A stretch of 64,000 bases of DNA from Hydrolagus colliei (Eukaryota). The notes below the pieces were generated by a model. The model did not search any database. It was not told where the DNA came from and saw only the letters and a list, made by a program, of their open reading frames with translations. Below are positions 61,201-64,000 of the stretch, piece by piece. The stretch is from contig CM068755.1 in the NCBI GenBank assembly GCA_035084275.1, positions 8,246,001-8,310,000 of the forward strand, in the 5' to 3' direction. How positions within the stretch are numbered: position 1 is the first letter of the stretch; every line of letters begins with the position of its first letter. The position numbers and the translations under genes were made by a program.

Positions 61201-64000
61201 TTTGATTTCCTTGAATGTGCTTCATTAGCTAATCTTAGCCAGGGTGGCACTGTGGGTCTTCAGTTACCTTCTACATTTCTATACCTGCAAATTTCAACTT
61301 ATTCTGTGTCTTAAATTGTCACACTGCTCATCATAGTCCACAGAGACACAAGTGCTACCAGTGACCAGCCAGGATGATGACCAACCTGAAAATCTGGCTG
61401 TGTGTTAATAAACTGGACTGAGTCCAGCTCCATACTTTCCCAGAGAAAGGTCTGGTTGTGTGGGCTGAGTATGTATCCAGCCCCATTCCTTTCAAACTGG
61501 GTTAACAGACACTGTCGAGATCAGGAGTCTGAAATGCTCAGCCCCAATCCTGGGAAAAAATTCTCAACTAAATTATCCAGTTGCCTATAAAAACAACAGA
61601 ATGAAAGATTAGTTTTAGAACATAAGTTTGCATAATGTTCTTCCTGTTGACTTAGAATGGGGAGAGGGTTAAGAGGGCTGGAAATTAGAAAGGATCAACA
61701 TTCAACAGAGAGAAACATGAGCATTAATCAATTACCAACTGATGCCCCATCTGAGATTACAACACAGACTAAGGATGATCACATGTAAAGAAATGGCCAC
61801 TTGAGCAACTCAGCTGTGAAGGTATTGTTTGAGTCAGTGAGCATCTATTTTGTGACAATCACTAACATTTTGTTGTATGTGCATTTTGGTAATTCGCAGT
61901 TAAAGCATGTATTGAAAAGATCACAAGTTCTGATTTGCCAATTGCTTCTACAGATCTAAGTATCTTCACAAATGGAGTTGAGAAAATTGAAGTGGGTGGA
62001 AGAAAGGTCCACTGATAGCATGAGCATAGTTCTAGGTTCTGGGTATAATGACTGCAAAAGACTAATAATCCCATTTTTTAAAATAAGAATGTTTTCTTTG
62101 AGCATAACTTCTTGAGAACTGAAAACTGAAAAGTATGTGTATTCAATTGAACTCAGAAGAGAGATTATCCAATCAGGAAATGGGAAAATAACATTCCATC
62201 CAGAAATAAACACTCATTGCAATCTGATTCCCTCAAGACTAACTTTGTAGTTAATCTGTTTGGAGTGATATCAGGACATTGAAAATCACTATTTGAAAAA
62301 CGTTTTTGTTTTGCCAACAGAAAAAAGCAGGATAGCACCTTCTGGGAAATCAACCCTTGATGGTATCTCTCCCACGGTAACCAAAACACATTTGGAAACA
62401 CTTGGTTTAGCTGGAAAATTTAGCAAAAATAGGTTGTGGAAATACAGAAGTGAAACATGTCATGTGTAATAATTTTACTTCTGATATTGCATTTTTCATT
62501 CTGCAATTTAAAGAGATACGTGGCTTGTTAGAGGCATTTAAAATGAAAAACGTCTCTTGACTGTCATGTTTGCCTGCAGATACACAGTCACTACACTTGA
62601 ACTAATTACCTGCAAAGTATTTTGAGACATTTTAATCTGGAGGCATCAGTGAGCAGAGGTTGAGGGGAGGGAGGTGGCATCCACTCCAATGATAACGTTA
62701 TGAGGGCAGGAGTATGTTTACACCCCTCCCAACATATCCAGAGGATTCAGAGTTATTGAATGATGAGATAAATGTATGTAAGATATTGTTTGGGAAATTG
62801 AATATATAGCTTCTACTACCAACATGAAACTGTTGCTATTTATTTGTCACTAGCTAACTCGGCAAAGACCAGTAATTGAATCTGTGACCTTTATCTGATC
62901 TATTTGTTGCCATGCTATTCTAGACGGTTACTTTACCTCTCAGCTATCAAGAAAACTTTTGAAAGATCTGTACTAGAGTCCCAATATACCATTGAATCTC
63001 ATCCTGTAAAATCATTTTGTCTTAGAAATTAAAATCATACAAAAGTTGTGGAGTATTCCGTCTTAATTTGGAAGCTGGTTTTTGAGGTTCTTAAAAAGGC
63101 CATCTCTGAATTTTAAGTTTAAGACTGAATCATTCATCCAGAATTCTGAGTAAAAATTTTAAGACAGAGTGGTATTACAGGCTAAGACTAGGTGAAATTT
63201 CAAGTGTCTGCTTCAGGATAAAGAAAGTTCTGTGGTCCTGAGGTTAAAAAGGACATGAGAATAAATAGGTATTGCAGCTTGCATACTCTCTGAGGTATTG
63301 GTGCTATGCACTGTAAACTCAAAGCTGGAAATGCTCTAACTGTGAATAAAATGACAGGTTTGATACTTCTCTTGTGTAGAGGAATCCATTCCAAGGGGGC
63401 ATTGCCTTAAACACAGAACCAAGACAATTAGAGCTGAGGTCAGGTTTCATTTCTTCACACAGAAGATTTTGAAGATGGGGAATGCTTTGCCCAGAAAGCT
63501 GTAGAGGAACAGGGATGTTTAAAGAGAGAAAGACCAATACTTGGATAGAAGCGCTATTAATGAGTATTGCAAAAGGCTTTGGGGGTTTGGGATTAAAAGG
63601 TCAACCAAGATCTCTGTGGCCTAAATGGACTTCTCCTTATGTTTTCCTATGTGCTTATATTCCTAAACAGAAAAAACATGTTCTGATTCCCAGCACTTTT
63701 TGCTTTGAAAACAGACCTGAATTGCAAAGCAAAACAGAAAACAAATGCAAAGTTCAGAGACCCAAACTGCCTTATGGTGGGAGTCTTGGACCATTGTCTT
63801 AAACTTTAAGGATGTTCAGAATATCGGTCAATCCTTAAATTCAGCCTTAATTTGAGTGAATGTTTTCCATAGAACTGGCTTCCAATTTAAGACTGATATG
63901 TGTTTAAAAATCCCAATTCTGCACACTTTAACAACAAAATTTAAGGCAATTTCAGGCCTGATATACCTGTTTTTGCAATTCCATACCATGACTGACTGGG

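Overview
Eukaryotic, AT-rich, repeat-dense vertebrate DNA; the SINE/L2/CR1 repeat content suggests a cartilaginous fish, plausibly a chimaera (inference). The one protein-coding gene I can reconstruct is a complete HMG20A (HMG-box plus coiled-coil chromatin protein) on the + strand. It has 8 coding exons between 32555 and 46166 giving about 353 aa, a GC-AG intron, and a stop codon that overlaps a splice donor, allowing alternative C-termini. Upstream are two separate CpG-rich promoters (~10.8-11.3 kb and ~16.6-17.1 kb), each with a pair of ZNF143/THAP11-type ACTACA..CCC motifs. The right one probably drives HMG20A; the left one probably drives a minus-strand gene, likely PEAK1 by known synteny, whose coding sequence is outside the window. 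The rest is a young tRNA-headed SINE with an L2-like tail, L2 and CR1 fragments, older Deu-type SINEs, an ancient unnamed SINE-like family, two hAT MITEs and one Tigger-like MITE. I found no convincing wholly new biological system; the best leads concern splicing, promoter architecture and transposon nesting. Repeat boundaries were read by eye and are approximate.
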